NCBI GenBank assembly: GCA_965197585.1
Contig: OZ240215.1
Span: forward strand, 2,759,771-2,823,770
Direction: 5' to 3'
Source of the DNA: Dehalococcoidia bacterium
GTDB lineage: Bacteria > Chloroflexota > Dehalococcoidia > Plut-88900
Length of the DNA: 64,000 nt
Position numbers and translations under genes: made by a program. This document shows, in pieces, positions 16,663 through 26,120 of this stretch (positions within the stretch are counted from its first letter, which is position 1; each line of letters opens with the position of its first letter). Below the pieces are notes generated by a model that saw nothing but the letters and a program-made list of their open reading frames with translations, was not told the origin of the DNA and made no database searches.

Positions 16663-17625
16663 CTATTTGCGCACATCCTTCAGCTTTTCAATCTCGGGTC
16701 CGAATACGGCTTCAAATCTGAGAAGTTTGTCTATCATCCAAACTCGGGTTTCTTCCAGCTTTTCCTCGCTGTCATCAATGTTGCCAGCACAACTCAATTC
16801 TACGCGGCAGGCTATATTATCGTCTAAGCGACGCCACTCTAGTTGTCCCAAGGTAGATTCTATTGAGTCTCTCCACTCTTCCAGTCGGTCAAAGCGTTGT
16901 TCATTCCTGTCCTTAGAATCTCCATCAAGGTTAAGCGCAACCTTAACCTTGTCTCCAGTTGCGAAGCTAGCACTATATCTAATCCCAGAAACGCCGGCAC
17001 CAAAATTGTACCAGCTTTGAGGTTGTGCTTTTTTGGCGCCAGTAAATCTGTACTGCTCTCTCAAAGAGTCAAGGAGGGGCTGGAAAAACGTGCGATACCG
17101 TTCCATTCGATCCGATGGACCAGACCCTTGCCTACCAGCCCCTGTGCTCTTACGCCAGTTGTTGGGTGCAGACACGACATTAAAGTGTGGAGCAGCAGGG
17201 GATTCGTTGATTCTTAGTAGCTCAACGACAACCCCGAAGAATCCCGTATCTTCGCCGGTACGTCGGTTTAGCCAATCCAAGGCATCCCTGTGCTCGTCCC
17301 GGAACTGCTTTGCTATCCAGACTACTATCTCTCCATCATAGCCTGACGCATAAGTCAGCAGCTTGCCTAAGTGATCGTGGTCAGTGTCTTCCAGTTGGTT
17401 TTCGATCACAACTTGGCGATTAGTGCCTGTTTCTCGGGCTAGAAGATCGAGAGAAAAGGATCCTACTGCGGCTTCCTCGGTCTGGAGTTCTAGGTCCAGC
17501 CCCAACTCATCGCCTAATAGATTCAGATTCTTGGCTAACCAAGGTGTGAAGTTACTGGCCTCATTCTGCCAAACTTCCCGTAGGTCAACCTTCTCGATTT
17601 TGCCTAACTCTTGTGAAATGACCAT
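16663..17625 (-). CDS. DUF4268-type protein with N-terminal PD-(D/E)xK nuclease-like domain
   Basis: The N-terminal block is WQNEASNFTPWLAKNLNLLGDELGLDLE..EEAAVGSFSLDLLARE..VVIENQLEDTDHDHLGKLLTYASG. The C-terminal block is LEWRRLDDNIACRVE. The gene is AT-richer and wedged directly downstream of dnaE. Confidence 0.6.
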   Translation of the reverse strand: MVISQELGKIEKVDLREVWQNEASNFTPWLAKNLNLLGDELGLDLELQTEEAAVGSFSLDLLARETGTNRQVVIENQLEDTDHDHLGKLLTYASGYDGEIVVWIAKQFRDEHRDALDWLNRRTGEDTGFFGVVVELLRINESPAAPHFNVVSAPNNWRKSTGAGRQGSGPSDRMERYRTFFQPLLDSLREQYRFTGAKKAQPQSWYNFGAGVSGIRYSASFATGDKVKVALNLDGDSKDRNEQRFDRLEEWRDSIESTLGQLEWRRLDDNIACRVELSCAGNIDDSEEKLEETRVWMIDKLLRFEAVFGPEIEKLKDVRK

Positions 17626-17664
17626 CGCTCTGTCTCTGTCCGTGCAGCTAAAGGTAGGTGCAAA

Positions 17665-20600
17665 TTAAGGATTGGCAGTAGTTACTGCGCCCTCACCGAG
17701 GCGGGGGGACAGGAGTTTAACGAGGCGGGGGGAATACTCCACCTGGACGCCGGGGACCTCCAAGTGAGTGATTCGGGAGCGTTCTTCGATTTGGAGGAAG
17801 AGGGCACTGGGGCCGGGACACTGCCTGGCTATGGTTAGGGCGTCCTTGAGGACTTCGGCGTCCTGGGTGTCGTCTCCGGTCGCACGGATTTTGAGCCAGA
17901 CTTCGCCGGGGGTGGTGGGAGGGGTATGGGGATGGATTTCCTCCGTGGCGGACCTTCGGCCTGCCTCCGCAGGAATGACGGTGCGGGTGGGGTTGGTGGG
18001 GGGATGGGGAATGTCGGGTGACCGGAGGGGATGGATTCCTGCCTTCGCAGGAATGACGGTAGGGGCGGGGTTGGAGGAGGGATAGGGAATGTCGGGTGAC
18101 CGGAGGGGATGGATTCCTGCCTTCGCAGGAATGACGGAGGGGGTGGGGTGAGCGGCTCCATTTGCTGTTGGTTTAATTGATGGTTCGACATCTTCAACCG
18201 GCTCGGAGGCCGGAATGACGGGAGGAGTTTCGGACTCGTCGTCTTCGGCGGGGAGTTCGAACTTTTGGACGGAGTTGCAGTGGACGGAAACACTGTCACC
18301 GTTTCGGAGGCGGACCCTACCTTCCACTTTGAGAATCGATCCATCAACCCAGAGGGCCTGGGTCCTTTGGTAGACCTCTTTCCAACCGACGACCTCAATG
18401 GAGCCGGAAATGTCCTCCATGACCGCAGCGCCGAAGGGGTCGCCTCTTCTTGTGGTGCCAGTTCTAAAGGAGGACAGCTGCCCGACCAGTATCACATTTT
18501 GCCCATCCTGCTCGGGGATGATGTCTCCGCACATGTTGGGTTCGATGTTGCCGAGATTGCGGTTAATGCGCGAAATGGGACTTTCGGCGAGGCTTGCGCC
18601 GAGCAGCTCTTTCTCCCAGGTCTCGGATTCGCCGGGCTGAATTCTTATCCGTTCAAGCTCAAGCTCGGGGAGGGGGGTTGCGACGGACGCACCCCATAGG
18701 TCGAACATGGTCGTTTGGCCTGAGTTTTTCAAGTCCGATTCCCTCTGGGACATGGAGAGGATACGGTCGATTCCTCCAAGCAAGGACCCGCGGTCTTCCA
18801 GAGAGTCCAGGGCCCCGACTTTTATGAGGCTCTCCAAGGCGCGCTTGTTGAGGTTGTGCAAGTTGGCCCTGCGGCACATGTCTTCGACGGACTTGAACGG
18901 GCCATCTTCCTGCCGGGCCTCGACGAGGGGGCGTACCGCACCATCGCCAACGTTCTTGACCGCAGATAGGCCGAACCTGATGGAGCTGGACCCGTTGTCG
19001 CGCTCCATGGTGAAGTCGATGTCGGACATGTTGATGTCGGGGCGGAGGACCTGGATGCCGAGCTTTCGGCACTCTTCCACTGCCGCAGAGGTGTGATCGG
19101 ACTGGCCGGGGTGGCAGGTGAGTAGGGCGGTCATGAACTCCACGGGATAGTTGGCCTTCAGATAGGCAGTCCAGTAGGAGATCATGGCGTAGCTGACGCT
19201 GTGGGCCTTGTTGAATGCGTAACCGGCGAAGGGCAGTATCAGTTCGAACATGTACTCGGATAAATCCTGGGGGAACCCTTTGGCCTTGGCCCCTTGCAGG
19301 AACCGTTCCCGCTCCTCAGCCATGAGGGAGGCGATCTTCTTTCCCATCGCCTTCCGCACCACATCGGCCTGGCCGAGGCTGTAGCCAGCAAACATACGAA
19401 GGATAAGGAGCACCTGGTCCTGGTAAACGATAACACCGTAGGTCTCCTCGAGGATGTCGGAGAGGGCAGGGTGGGGGTAGGTTACCTCGGCGCGCTGGTG
19501 CTTAGCTTCGATGAAGCGGGTTATGTGCTCCATTGGGCCGGGTCGGTAGAGTGCGATCATGGCAGCCACGTCATTGACGGACGTGGGTTTAAGCTGCTTG
19601 ATGTATCTGCGCATCCCCGAGCTTTCCAGCTGGAAGATGCCGGTGGTCTCTCCGCTGGAGAGGTGGTCGAAGGTCTTCTTGTCATCGAGGGGAATGTCGT
19701 TAAGGGACATCCTGGCGCCCCCGCTCTTGGCGATGATGTCGAGGGCCTTGCCAAGGATGGTGAGGTTAATGAGGCCGAGGAAGTCCATCTTCAGGAGGCC
19801 CAGCTTGGCGATGGGGTCCATCGAGAACTGGGTTACGGCTATCTCCTCGCCGTCGCTGCGGGATGCCCGCTGGAGCGGGACGTAGTTGGTGAGGGGTTCC
19901 TGTGAGATGACGATGCCTGCGGCATGGGTGCTGGCGTGGCGGGCCACGCCCTCCAGCTTCTGGGCGGAGTCGACGAGCTTGCGGACGGCGTGGTCCTGAT
20001 TGTAGTTGCTACTAAGGTCGGGGCTGGCCTTCATGGCTTCGTCGATGGACTTGACGCCGAAAGGCACCTGCTTGGCCACGTTGTCGACGATAGAGTAGGG
20101 CATTCCAAGGGCGCGCCCGACGTCCCTGAGGGCGGCACGAGCGCCAAGGGTGCCGAAGGTGACGATCTGGGCGACGTGTTCGGCGCCGTACTTGCGAGTG
20201 ACGTAGGCGATGACTTCGTCCCGGCGGTCGTCCTGGAAGTCCAGGTCGATGTCGGGCATTTCGTTGCGCTCGATGTTGAGGAAACGCTCAAATACGAGGC
20301 CGTATTCCAGGGGGTCGATGTCGGTGATGCCGAGGCAGTAGAGGACTACGCTGCCGGCGGCGCTTCCCCGGACGCCGAACAGGATGCCGTTCTCCCTGGA
20401 ATAGGAAGTAATGTCCATGACGACCAAGAAATAGTTAGCGAACTGGGTCTTCTTGATGACGTCCAGCTCGTCCAGCAGGCGACGGCGGGCGGTCTCTCCC
20501 GCTCCGGGGTAGAGGCGCCGGAAGCCCTCTTCGCAAAGGGTTGCAAGATAGTCGTCGGCGTCTTCGCCGTGGGGGGTGGGGTAGTGGGGGAGGCGCAGGC

Positions 20601-21423
20601 GGTCGAACTCGATGGAGAGGTCGCACATATCGGCGATGCGCATGGTGTTTTCGAGGGTATCGGGCAGGTCGGAGAAGAGCTGGCGCATCTCCTCGGGTGT
20701 CTTGAGGTAGAGGGAGTCGTCGGACATTTTCAGACGCTTCTCGTCCTGGACGTTGGTGTTGGTCTGGATGCAGAGGAGGATGTCCTGGACGCTGGCCTCG
20801 TCGCGGTGGATGTAGTGGACGTCGTTGGTGGCGACCAGGGGGATTTCGAGGTCATGGCTGAGGCGGAGGAGGCCCTCGTTTATAGGGGTCAGCATGTCGA
20901 GGTCGTGGCGCTGGATTTCCAGGTAATAGTCCTGGAAGACTTCACGGTACCAGCGGGCGGCGGCATAGGCGTCGTCCATGCGGCCTTCCAGGATGGCGCG
21001 CGGGACCTCGGCGGTGGGGCAGCCTGAGAGGACTATGAGGCCCTCATGGTGTTGTTCGAAGAGGGCCCTGTCCATGCGGGGCTTGTAGTAGAAGCCCTCC
21101 ATGTTGGCCTTGGTGACCAGCTGTATAAGGTTGCGGTAGCCTGTCTCGTTCTTGGACAGGACAGTCAGGTGGTAGGGGGACTTCTCGGAGGGGGTCTTGG
21201 TACGGCGGTTGCTGTGGGCGACGTAGACCTCACAGCCGATGATGGGTTTGACGCCGGTCTTGTGGGCAGCGGAATAGAAATCGATGGCGCCGTAGAGGTT
21301 GCCGTGGTCGGTTAGAGCCATGCTCTCCATCCCCAGGTCCCGGGCCCGCTGCATGAGGTTTGGGATGCGGCAAAGGCCATCCAACAGGCTGAATTCGGAA
21401 TGGAGATGAAGGTGTGTATACAA
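17665..21423 (-). CDS. dnaE: DNA polymerase III alpha subunit
   Basis: 1252 aa with a TTG start. The PHP domain is HLHLHSEFSLLDG...LTDHGNLYG, followed by the polymerase core, an OB fold and a C-terminal domain (LKIRATGDD...LEVPGVQVEYSPRLVKLLSPRLG). A proline-rich, repeat-derived linker lies between the OB fold and the C-terminal domain. Confidence 0.95.
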   Translation of the reverse strand: MYTHLHLHSEFSLLDGLCRIPNLMQRARDLGMESMALTDHGNLYGAIDFYSAAHKTGVKPIIGCEVYVAHSNRRTKTPSEKSPYHLTVLSKNETGYRNLIQLVTKANMEGFYYKPRMDRALFEQHHEGLIVLSGCPTAEVPRAILEGRMDDAYAAARWYREVFQDYYLEIQRHDLDMLTPINEGLLRLSHDLEIPLVATNDVHYIHRDEASVQDILLCIQTNTNVQDEKRLKMSDDSLYLKTPEEMRQLFSDLPDTLENTMRIADMCDLSIEFDRLRLPHYPTPHGEDADDYLATLCEEGFRRLYPGAGETARRRLLDELDVIKKTQFANYFLVVMDITSYSRENGILFGVRGSAAGSVVLYCLGITDIDPLEYGLVFERFLNIERNEMPDIDLDFQDDRRDEVIAYVTRKYGAEHVAQIVTFGTLGARAALRDVGRALGMPYSIVDNVAKQVPFGVKSIDEAMKASPDLSSNYNQDHAVRKLVDSAQKLEGVARHASTHAAGIVISQEPLTNYVPLQRASRSDGEEIAVTQFSMDPIAKLGLLKMDFLGLINLTILGKALDIIAKSGGARMSLNDIPLDDKKTFDHLSSGETTGIFQLESSGMRRYIKQLKPTSVNDVAAMIALYRPGPMEHITRFIEAKHQRAEVTYPHPALSDILEETYGVIVYQDQVLLILRMFAGYSLGQADVVRKAMGKKIASLMAEERERFLQGAKAKGFPQDLSEYMFELILPFAGYAFNKAHSVSYAMISYWTAYLKANYPVEFMTALLTCHPGQSDHTSAAVEECRKLGIQVLRPDINMSDIDFTMERDNGSSSIRFGLSAVKNVGDGAVRPLVEARQEDGPFKSVEDMCRRANLHNLNKRALESLIKVGALDSLEDRGSLLGGIDRILSMSQRESDLKNSGQTTMFDLWGASVATPLPELELERIRIQPGESETWEKELLGASLAESPISRINRNLGNIEPNMCGDIIPEQDGQNVILVGQLSSFRTGTTRRGDPFGAAVMEDISGSIEVVGWKEVYQRTQALWVDGSILKVEGRVRLRNGDSVSVHCNSVQKFELPAEDDESETPPVIPASEPVEDVEPSIKPTANGAAHPTPSVIPAKAGIHPLRSPDIPYPSSNPAPTVIPAKAGIHPLRSPDIPHPPTNPTRTVIPAEAGRRSATEEIHPHTPPTTPGEVWLKIRATGDDTQDAEVLKDALTIARQCPGPSALFLQIEERSRITHLEVPGVQVEYSPRLVKLLSPRLGEGAVTTANP
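17953..18145. repeat. Tandem 78-bp units of REP family R2 embedded in frame in dnaE
   Basis: The units start near 17953 (degenerate), 18031 and 18109 (partial). Perfect hairpins ATTCCTGC-CTTC-GCAGGAAT lie at 18035-18054 and 18113-18132. Each unit encodes VIPAKAGIHPLRSPDIP.P..NP.PT (26 aa). Confidence 0.85.
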
Positions 21424-21530
21424 AGATAAATGCCCCGCCCGGCACCTCCGATTATATCATCGGCACCCCCCCTGAAACGGCGCTGAAGAGGGGTTGTTTT
21501 CGGTGATTTCGGGGCGGTAGGAGAGTCTCG

Positions 21531-21559
21531 TTGACACCCCCAAACCGCTTTGCTAACCT
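21531..21559 (+). promoter_or_regulatory. Sigma70-like promoter candidate for the 21592 gene
   Basis: The sequence is TTGACA-17 nt-TAACCT. GAGG lies about 13 nt before the GTG start. Confidence 0.45.
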
Positions 21560-21591
21560 CGACGCACTTTTGCTGTGCGAGGTTATGAAAA

Positions 21592-22545
21592 GTGATACTG
21601 GTGACGGGGGCGACGGGCTTTGTCGGGAGGCGGATAGTGACGCGGCTGGTGGAGCGAGGAGAAGAGGTGAGGCGGCTGGTGAGGCCCGTCCCCAATCCCC
21701 GAGCCTCGGGGTTGCCGGCGGTCCACTTTGTCACGGGAGACGTGACCGATCCCGACTCTCTGCGGGCTGCCTGCGACGGCGTAGACATGGTAGTCCACAC
21801 CGTGGCGGTCATCAGGGAGAAGGGCCGGACCACGTTCGAGGCAATAAACGTGCAGGGGACGCGCAATGTGGTGGAGGCGGCGGAGCAGGCCGGAGTGCGC
21901 AAGATAGTCCATCTGAGCGCGATTGGCGCGGGGCCCGACCCTCAATATCCATATCTGAGGTCGAAATGGGAGGGCGAGGAAGCAGTAGTCAACTCTAAAT
22001 TGAGACACGTTGTATTGCGGCCCTCGCTGGTGTTCGGGCCTGGGGACGAGTTTATAAACGCCTTGGCTGCGACGATCAGGGTCGGGCCGGTGGTCCCGTT
22101 TATCGGGTCGGGAAATGCGAAGTTTCAGCCGATACACGTTGAGGACGTGGCACGGTGCGTGGACAGGGTGCTGATTGACGGCACCTACACCGGAGAGACC
22201 ATCGAGATCGGTGGGCCGGACATCCTCAGCTACCGGCAGATAACGGACACGATCATCCGGAGGTTTGGCCGCATGCGGATTAAGGTGAGAGTACCAACTT
22301 CCATGATGCGTGCGGCGCTTCCGTTCCTGAAGATAGCCTCGCCTCACCCGCCGATCACTCGGGTTCAGTTGGACATGCTGAACATCGACAATGTGTCGGC
22401 GCACAGGTCCGTGGAAGCCAACTTCGACTTTCAGGCCCGCCCGCTAGATGGGAACATCGACTACATCCTGGACATGGGATGGAAGGAAGCCCTGTCCATA
22501 ACGCTGGGACTCCGGCCTGCGAGGCGGTGGGGGGAGGGGGGATGA
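21592..22545 (+). CDS. NAD(P)H-binding SDR-family protein (complex I NDUFA9-like/NmrA-like)
   Basis: The protein starts MILVTGATGFVGRRIV, a Rossmann GxxGxxG motif, and is 317 aa. Confidence 0.7.
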   Translation: MILVTGATGFVGRRIVTRLVERGEEVRRLVRPVPNPRASGLPAVHFVTGDVTDPDSLRAACDGVDMVVHTVAVIREKGRTTFEAINVQGTRNVVEAAEQAGVRKIVHLSAIGAGPDPQYPYLRSKWEGEEAVVNSKLRHVVLRPSLVFGPGDEFINALAATIRVGPVVPFIGSGNAKFQPIHVEDVARCVDRVLIDGTYTGETIEIGGPDILSYRQITDTIIRRFGRMRIKVRVPTSMMRAALPFLKIASPHPPITRVQLDMLNIDNVSAHRSVEANFDFQARPLDGNIDYILDMGWKEALSITLGLRPARRWGEGG

Positions 22546-23429
22546 GGTTCATAGGAAACATAGCACTGGCTCTTTTGCTGTCGGGGTTGTTGGTGTCAGG
22601 ATTGGCTTGCGGAGGTGAAGAGAGTGAATCTGCAGCCCTGGTGAAGAGCCGTCCTTCTCCAAGGGGCGTCTTGGATTTCATTCCATACGACATTGAGCGT
22701 ACTGAAGTGTGGGATGTAAAGGGCATCCTTACTTCAGGCATTCCTGAGCAGGAAGCGAAGGAGACTGAAGAGTATTTGCGGAACTATTACCTGGGGATGT
22801 TGGCGCCATTTCTCAACGATGTGGAAAGGATAATCATAGCTGAAAGACACGAAGGCAAGGTGTGGATTCTGGAGGGTAACGTTGGATATGAACAAATCAG
22901 GGACGAGCTAGGAGACGAAAGATGGGAGGAGTGCCAGGGATATGATCTTTGGCTGGATGGACGCGATCCACAAAGAGCAGTTGCAGTGATAGACAACGGC
23001 GCATACGTATTACTTGGGAAAGAAGGACCTGTTAAGCATTTGCTGGGTTCTCTGAAAAACGGTCATGGATTCCTGTTGGACGACGAGAACGACGCAGTCG
23101 GGCGCACCCTTGTTAAAGCGATGGAGTGGGGCGAGGGGGGAACAGTGGTGGTATGGGACGATTGCCGTTCTGACGACTTTAGCGAATGCGAGTCTTTGGG
23201 AAACGTGGTCTCTCTGGTCACAGAGGAAGGTCAATATAAAGTTAAGCTGGTTTTTGTCCTCCTATTCCGCACAGAGTTAGCCGCTGAGGATGAGGCTTAT
23301 AAGGTTGAGGAGCGCCTCCGCAAGGACTTCGAATCGGGCTCCGTTGAGGACGTATTTGTGGACGGTGAATTTGTAATAGTCAGTACGGCGGCGGACCTAG
23401 AGGAACTCTATTACCCTTATTTGCCATGA
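22542..23429 (+). CDS. Hypothetical lipoprotein
   Basis: The ATG overlaps the upstream stop (ATGA). The signal peptide with lipobox is MRFIGNIALALLLSGLLVSGLAC. I recognise no family. Confidence 0.5.
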   Translation: MRFIGNIALALLLSGLLVSGLACGGEESESAALVKSRPSPRGVLDFIPYDIERTEVWDVKGILTSGIPEQEAKETEEYLRNYYLGMLAPFLNDVERIIIAERHEGKVWILEGNVGYEQIRDELGDERWEECQGYDLWLDGRDPQRAVAVIDNGAYVLLGKEGPVKHLLGSLKNGHGFLLDDENDAVGRTLVKAMEWGEGGTVVVWDDCRSDDFSECESLGNVVSLVTEEGQYKVKLVFVLLFRTELAAEDEAYKVEERLRKDFESGSVEDVFVDGEFVIVSTAADLEELYYPYLP

Positions 23430-23522
23430 CGTTTTACATCCCTTCACTATGAAACTTGGCAATTCATAGGGTCGAAACGGATGAACGGAAAGTCATTCAC
23501 GTAAGAGCGTTAAAATAGACGC

Positions 23523-24869
23523 ATGGGAAAGACCTTGGACTACCGCTCGGCCTTGAAATACCTACTGGGGCTCACCAACTACGAAAAGTCGTTGAGGGAG
23601 CTTTACTCGCCGGGGAATGTTGACCTGGAGAGGGTGAGGGAGCTGTTGAGGCGGCTCGGCTCACCGGGGTCGGGGTTGGGGATAGTTCACATCGCCGGGA
23701 CGAAGGGTAAGGGAAGCACGGCGGCGATGATCTCTTCCGTCCTGCAAAAGGCCGGGTACCGAGTCGGGCTATTCACCTCCCCCCACCTCCACACATTCAG
23801 GGAGCGGGTGCAGATAAACAGGGAGCCGATCTCGGCGGAGGACTTTGCAGGGGCGATGGAAAAGGTAAAGCCCCACGTCGAGGAGATCAACGCTGTCGGG
23901 GCGCATGGCTACATCACGACCTTCGAGGCATTGACGGCGATGGCGCTGGTCTACTTCGCTGAGAAACAGGTGGAAGCCCTGGTATTCGAGGTCGGGGTGG
24001 GGGGCAGGCTGGATGCCACGAATGTAGTCACTCCTGAGGTGAGCGTCATCACGTCGATAAGCCGAGACCACACCGAGCTGCTGGGCGATACTCTGCCGGA
24101 GATAGCCGGGGAGAAGGCGGGGATAATCAAGGAGGGGGTCCCGGTGGTGGTCGCACCGCAAGTGCCGGAGGTGGAGGAGGTGATAGGCGCGATAGCGCGG
24201 GAGCGGGGCTCGGAGATGGTGAACGTGGGGCGGGAGTCGGTGTGGAGGGCGTTGGGACACGACGACCGGGGGCAAAGCCTGTTGGTACGAGATTTCGAGA
24301 ATGAATACAGAATCTCGATGCCTCTTCTCGGTGACCATCAGCAGGAGAACGCCGCCACGGCTATAGCGGCTCTGGGTGTGCTTCGGAAAAAAGGTTGGCA
24401 TATCTCGGACGCAGACGTGCTGGACGGGTTCGCAGACCTGCGCTGGCCGGGTCGGATGGAAGAGCTCGGGAGATGGCCACTGGTCATAGCCGACGGGGCT
24501 CACAATGGGGACTCGGCGAGGAGGCTGCGGGAGGCGCTGCTGAAGTACTTCGAGTTTGGGAAGGCGGTGCTGGTGGTGGGGGTGTCGGCGGACAAGAACG
24601 TGGAGGACATAGCCTCGGAGCTTCTGCCCCTGGCGTCGACGGTCATATTGACGAAGTCTCGGCACATGAGGGCGGCTGAGCCTGCTGCCATAGCCGACGC
24701 TTTCACCCGACCTGATATAATCGTCGAGACCACGGGGAGTGTGAAAGAGGCGCTAGACAGGGCCAGGGAGATAGCCTTAGAGGAGGACTTGATCTGCGCC
24801 ACGGGCTCGCTGTTCGTGGTGGGAGAGGCGATAGAGGCGGTTAAGAGGGTGCCGGTGGAGACATACTGA
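23523..24869 (+). CDS. folC: Bifunctional folylpolyglutamate synthase/dihydrofolate synthase
   Basis: It has the Mur-ligase P-loop HIAGTKGKGST, plus DHTELLGDTL.EIAGEKAGIIK and DGAHN. Confidence 0.85.
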   Translation: MGKTLDYRSALKYLLGLTNYEKSLRELYSPGNVDLERVRELLRRLGSPGSGLGIVHIAGTKGKGSTAAMISSVLQKAGYRVGLFTSPHLHTFRERVQINREPISAEDFAGAMEKVKPHVEEINAVGAHGYITTFEALTAMALVYFAEKQVEALVFEVGVGGRLDATNVVTPEVSVITSISRDHTELLGDTLPEIAGEKAGIIKEGVPVVVAPQVPEVEEVIGAIARERGSEMVNVGRESVWRALGHDDRGQSLLVRDFENEYRISMPLLGDHQQENAATAIAALGVLRKKGWHISDADVLDGFADLRWPGRMEELGRWPLVIADGAHNGDSARRLREALLKYFEFGKAVLVVGVSADKNVEDIASELLPLASTVILTKSRHMRAAEPAAIADAFTRPDIIVETTGSVKEALDRAREIALEEDLICATGSLFVVGEAIEAVKRVPVETY

Positions 24870-24889
24870 ATGGGAAACTTTCGGAACAC

Positions 24890-24959
24890 TTTCACCCTCA
24901 CTCTCCTCAGCGAGCCTACGGCCCTAGCCCTCTCACGCCTCGGCGCATCTACGACCCAT
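24890..24959. repeat. 70-bp repeat, identical to 27581-27650
   Basis: TTTCACCCTCACTCTCCTCAGCGAGCCTACGGCCCTAGCCCTCTCACGCCTCGGCGCATCTACGACCCAT is identical at both sites by hand alignment. This copy lies just 3' of folC. Confidence 0.85.
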
Positions 24960-25040
24960 GGAGAGACCTTTGCGTAACTCCCTATGCTGGAACATATTGG
25001 TAATACGAGACATGTTATCCAATCCTGAGTCCCCCGCCCC

Positions 25041-25064
25041 AGATTCCTCGCGGAGCCTCGGAAT
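25041..25064. repeat. REP family R1, 5' portion (the remainder is at 26121-26130, split by an IS481-like element)
   Basis: AGATTCCTCGCGGAGCCTCGGAAT is followed by the IS, and GGAATGACAG follows the IS. Confidence 0.8.
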
Positions 25065-26120
25065 TGTGGATGTCAGGTAATTCGTTGACAGAATTAGGTG
25101 GATTTAAGGGTCTCCAAAGGGGTCTTTCCGTCCATTGCCTGGTGGGGTCTCTGAGTATTGTAGTAGATCAGGTATTGCTGAAGCTCGTCCTTCAGTTCCG
25201 AGACCGATTCGAAGGTTGTCCCCTCCAGCAGGTCCTCGTTCAAGGTTCTCCAGAACCGCTCTATCTTCCCGTTGGTCTGGGGCCTATAAGGGCGGGTGTA
25301 GCGGTGCTTTATGCCCAGCTCATTGAGCATCCGTTCCATGGGGTGGCCCTCGGTGTTCCTTGGGGAGGCCATCTCGGGGCCGTTGTCGGTGAGGATGGCC
25401 TCGAATTGGATGCCGTACTCCACGTTAAGGAAATTGATGGACTTCAGAGTAGCAAACATAACGGAGAGACTCTTGATGTCTCCGACCACTTCGGCCCAGG
25501 CCAGACGGGTGTAGGCGTCGATGAGGCCCACCAGGTAGTAGCGGTGCTTGGTGCCCACGATGGTATCCCGGCTGAGGTAGTGGCTGTCCAGGTGGCCCAG
25601 CTCTCCTGCCCGGGTCTTGATGATCTTGCGCTTCGACTGCTGCATCGGCTTTGTGAGCCTATTGAAACCGTGGCGTCTGGTGATGGCGTAGATGGTGGAG
25701 GGCTTAGGGGTGTTGTGTTTAAGGATGGGTTTGAGTATGGCATAGATCTCGTAACGGTTGGTACCGTTAAGGCGCTCGTTGATGACCTTCTGCTCAATGT
25801 AGGGCAGGGTGCGGCGGGACTTCCACCCGGGACCCCGCTTACGGGGGAGGAAGGCGTTGTCGGAGGGGGAAAGGAGGAACCGGTTGTAGTACTTGGCGAA
25901 GGTCTGACGGCTAGTGCCGTGGAAGGAGTAGAAGTCCTGGGCGAAGCGGAAACGGGGATGCTTCCCTGCCTTGACCAGTTGATACTCATGGATGAGGAAC
26001 CGCCACTTCTGAATGTAGTTCCGCTCAAGGGTGAGGTCCTTGCTATTGTCTCGCATTCTCGCCTCCAGATTGGTGTTGGCCTCTTATACCAATCTGTCAA
26101 CGAATTACCTAACACTTACA
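25065..26120 (-). mobile_element. IS481-family-like insertion sequence (1056 bp) with 5-bp GGAAT target duplication
   Basis: The ends are TGTGGATGTCAGGTAATTCGTTGACAGA and, as reverse complement, TGTAAGTGTTAGGTAATTCGTTGACAGA (24/28 match, TGT...ACA termini). GGAAT lies at 25060-25064 and at 26121-26125. Confidence 0.8.
25094..26056 (-). CDS. IS481-family DDE (rve) transposase
   Basis: 320 aa. It contains HLDSHYL, YYLVGLIDAYTRLAWAEVV, ILTDNGPEM and RPYRPQTNGKIERFWRTLNEDLL...YYNTQRPHQAMDGKTP. Confidence 0.85.
   Translation of the reverse strand: MRDNSKDLTLERNYIQKWRFLIHEYQLVKAGKHPRFRFAQDFYSFHGTSRQTFAKYYNRFLLSPSDNAFLPRKRGPGWKSRRTLPYIEQKVINERLNGTNRYEIYAILKPILKHNTPKPSTIYAITRRHGFNRLTKPMQQSKRKIIKTRAGELGHLDSHYLSRDTIVGTKHRYYLVGLIDAYTRLAWAEVVGDIKSLSVMFATLKSINFLNVEYGIQFEAILTDNGPEMASPRNTEGHPMERMLNELGIKHRYTRPYRPQTNGKIERFWRTLNEDLLEGTTFESVSELKDELQQYLIYYNTQRPHQAMDGKTPLETLKST

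Noticed and set aside
17953-18145. CRISPR array or intein in dnaE
   Set aside because: The units are contiguous 78-bp tandem repeats with no unique spacers, and they are in frame. There are no intein boundary residues or endonuclease motifs. The sequence belongs to an intergenic REP family.
19924-21027. Long plus-strand ORF (367 aa) inside dnaE, and similar long antisense ORFs at 10220-11080(-), 12086-13096(-), 25064-26179(+), 30021-31451(+), 43836-44741(+), 46815-47489(+) and 50913-51986(+)
   Set aside because: Each lies opposite a gene with strong family motifs. All are G/V/A/D/E-rich low-information sequences with no recognisable domain, as expected from stop-codon depletion in high-GC DNA.
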